DNA of 64,000 bases from Negaprion brevirostris (Eukaryota): NCBI GenBank assembly GCA_030324005.1, contig JARDVH010000169.1, forward strand, positions 12,586,198-12,650,197, written 5' to 3'. A program made the position numbers and the translations under genes. This document shows positions 61,104-64,000 of this stretch, in pieces (the first letter of the stretch is position 1; each line of letters begins with the position of its first letter). Under the pieces are notes generated by a model that worked only from the letters and a program-made list of their open reading frames with translations, searched no databases and had not been told where the DNA came from.

Positions 61104-61183
61104 GTGTTTTTGCAAAATGTCGCTATGTCTATCATGGAAGGCACTCAGAGGGGAACAGATTCATTCGTGATGACCAGCTTTAA
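61104..61183 (+). CDS. LRMDA: Terminal coding exon of LRMDA (leucine-rich melanocyte differentiation-associated, C10orf11)
   Basis: T/GT-rich tract then AG acceptor at 61102-61103. Reading GT|GTT TTT GCA... gives (G)[25 protein letters not shown] with TAA at 61181-61183. This matches the human LRMDA C-terminus as I recall it ([26 protein letters not shown]), including the stop position; phase-1 intron. Confidence 0.93.
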
Positions 61184-62780
61184 GAACAGTTCTGTCAGGC
61201 TACCTGCTTTCATCTTTCCATATATTTTATTATATTCAAAGCTTAAGATTTATNNNNNNNNNNAAACACAGAGAATACACTGTCAGCCTGCTAGTGTCGT
61301 CTGCTGACTTTGCCGTGCCTGTCAAGATCAACCTTTCAGCCTAGTCTGAGCAGGCACATAGAGATTGACATGATTGCCTTTAAGCAGGTCCCTTCTATCG
61401 CCATGACAGACAGCTGCACCGAGGCTGTATGCCTGACAGGATGAACCTCATGATGGATTGCCTGGTGCAACTGCTGCTCATGGGAGGGCAGAGGTCACAC
61501 CTGAGGTTGAACTGAGCATGCTTATTGCATCACACCAAGTTCCAGAAAGTCACATTAAGCCCTTACTGCACTCATTACAATGACTTGTTGTTGAGTAATG
61601 GGAAAATTCTGTTCCATTTTATAGATGGCCATGGACAAGATGAAATGAATAGTCATATTAAACCGTAAATCCCATTGACTGACCAACATTATTTCAGGGA
61701 CTTTATCTTGATTTATCTTTTGCCTTATGGGTCTTATTTTGAGGTTGGGAAGATTAAATATCAGCTCCATTAGATGAGATTCTCTTTTTAACTTTGATCA
61801 GTGACGGTTCACTAGCAAAATTGACAACTCTAGCAGGCTGAATAGATTGTGCTGGTATCTCTCTGTGGCTTTGACTTTTGATGTATTGAAAACCCAGTCT
61901 ACCTTTACTGCAACTTTTTTTCTTAAGCAGCAGATCATTTTTGAACCATGTAAATTTTTTTTAATGTCACAGTTGCTGTCTCTTACTAAATTTGAGTGGA
62001 ATTTGCAATTTATCAGTGCTGTAAAAAGATAGAGAAAAAATCTTTTGTAGCTTATCCTCTTCTGTGTTTAAAACCTATTCAGTTGAGGGTCAGTCTTTTT
62101 TGTAAAAGACTTTTCAACCTTTTTTTTAGTGCCAGTAGTGCAGCAGCGGGATAATCTGACAGCATTAAACTCAATTTTTCTACATAATAGTGTTGTATTC
62201 AGCTTGCTGAAAATGGTGCAGCACTGTTTAGCCAGGTACTTTCTACATCTCCACTGCCTACTGTTTGAGTTTTCTACAAAGGACATGTTGCTGTTTTATA
62301 TTTAACGGTGGCCAATCATTTTGCTATATTCATTTTTCTACATGGTATAGCATTGTGGCTTTGTCATATTTGGATAAAGTGACTAAATGTTTGGATACAT
62401 GTTTTCTACACGTAACTTTTCTATGCTGTCTTGTTTAATACAGATGATGTTCTAAGAAGCGCAAATTTACAATTTATCCAGTGGATCCATTGAAAAATTG
62501 AGCAGTGTTGAGTAAGATTTACTGTAAAGCAGATAGCCTGTCTAAACAATATGAAATTATTGCAAGTATTATTTACCTAAGCTAAGGATATTATGTTACA
62601 TCATTTAGGCTTAAAAACTAACAAAGTTGAATTCTTCACTTTGTTAATCTGTGCCTGGTACACACACAGCAATAATTTATGTCCTGTATTTTGAAGAACA
62701 ATATAGTTATTAGCAGTTTGTTATCTAAAAACTCTGATGACTGTTTCACTTATTAATAAAGTAAAAGCATTCACTAAATT
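61184..62780 (+). other. Putative LRMDA 3' UTR / downstream region
   Basis: Follows the stop codon. First canonical AATAAA seen at 62755-62760, with ATTAAA variants at 61657, 61753 and 62164; the true end is unknown. Confidence 0.3.
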
Positions 62781-63241
62781 GTTTGATTCTTATTTGTCTG
62801 CTCAACTTGGAATCTTCAATGTAGCCTCAGCTTAATGGCAACTATGGGATTGTAAGCACATGGATAATGCTTGAAATAGGCTGTAACTATTTCCGGAACA
62901 AATTCTTGGATTACCACTCTAAAAAAGATCTCAATCTGTTTTAAAGATTCAAAAATGAAGAAATAATTCACCGATGACAGCTGCTTTCTTCCACGGAACT
63001 TTTGATAATAACTGTAAGAAGTTCACTTTTAAGTCTGAACTAAAATCAGTCCAAATTGAACCAAATGTGCAAATGTTTAGCGTTAACTTCATTTAGGTTA
63101 AGTCAACCTTTTAACTATTCCCTTCCCAAGTACTTTTTTATTTATGCATTCTCCCATCGCAATGCGGTTCCCAGCTTGGGAAGAGTAACAATGAACTTGC
63201 CCACAGGCAGGGAAAAGATGTGAGATGCTCTCCCAAACTGA

Positions 63242-63358
63242 TGGCATGGCGGCACAGTGATCAGCACTTCACAGCAACAGGGAACCGGGTTCGATTCCTG
63301 GCTTGGGTCACTGTCTGTGTGGAGTTTGCATGTTCTCCCTGTGTCTGCGTGGGTTTCC
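63242..63358 (+). mobile_element. HE1-like V-SINE 5' part (runs into gap)
   Basis: ggcggcacagtgatcagcac...gggttcgattcctggcttgggtcactgtctgtgtggagtttgca. Confidence 0.85.
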
Positions 63359-64000
63359 NNNNNNNNNNNNNNNNNNNNNNNNNNNNNNNNNNNNNNNNNN
63401 NNNNNNNNNNNNNNNNNNNNNNNNNNNNNNNNNNNNNNNNNNNNNNNNNNNNNNNNNNNNNNNNNNNNNNNNNNNNNNNNNNNNNNNNNNNNNNNNNNNN
63501 NNNNNNNNNNNNNNNNNNNNNNNNNNNNNNNNNNNNNNNNNNNNNNNNNNNNNNNNNNNNNNNNNNNNNNNNNNNNNNNNNNNNNNNNNNNNNNNNNNNN
63601 NNNNNNNNNNNNNNNNNNNNNNNNNNNNNNNNNNNNNNNNNNNNNNNNNNNNNNNNNNNNNNNNNNNNNNNNNNNNNNNNNNNNNNNNNNNNNNAAACCA
63701 AATTTGAATTTTAATCACACCTTTTGGGCGGGTAGGGTGGGGGCAGGAATTGAAACTTTTTTTGCATGATTGAGCTAAGTTGGGCTGAGTGGCCTTTCCC
63801 AACTGTGAATCACCTCAGAACTATCACAAACTTAGCAACAATATGCATTTACAGAGAGGCATAGGTTTACAGTTTGATTAGCTGCACGTTGTGCAAATCC
63901 TAAAGTGAAGGTTAGAAATGGGAATATCAAATGTTTCAAATGACCTTTTGGTTAAAAATATTTTTGTGGAACAACAGTCTGGCTACATTACAAACTTGAG

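Noticed and set aside
61104-61307. ORF-track peptide [13 protein letters not shown]...
   Set aside because: Wrong frame; the LRMDA-matching frame starts two bases later and stops at 61183.

Overview
Vertebrate nuclear DNA, almost certainly a shark (repeat families resemble elasmobranch HE1 V-SINE, HER1/CR1 LINE, Deu-domain SINE and Penelope-like elements), from a draft assembly with many N gaps. The only host coding sequence I can support is the terminal exon of LRMDA (C10orf11) on the + strand at 61104-61183 ([26 protein letters not shown]). Its frame is absent from the ORF track. Bases 1-61103 are therefore probably its very large last intron, a mosaic of decayed retroelements (CR1, L2, Rex1/Babar, RTE, Gypsy, Penelope), tRNA-derived SINEs, TIR DNA elements and repeat-free AT-rich blocks that may be conserved enhancers. 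Most notable: (i) a complete minimal type-I hammerhead ribozyme motif in a Penelope-like repeat (10351-10390, - strand), whose stem II differs in sequence but not in pairing from a second copy; (ii) an apparent LINE with a tRNA-like Pol III head placed directly before an AP-endonuclease frame, plus a short SINE made of that head and a CR1-group LINE tail; (iii) one V-SINE head found with two different LINE-type tails. All family assignments come from recognition and manual alignment, not database searches, and repeat boundaries are approximate unless TSDs/TIRs are quoted.
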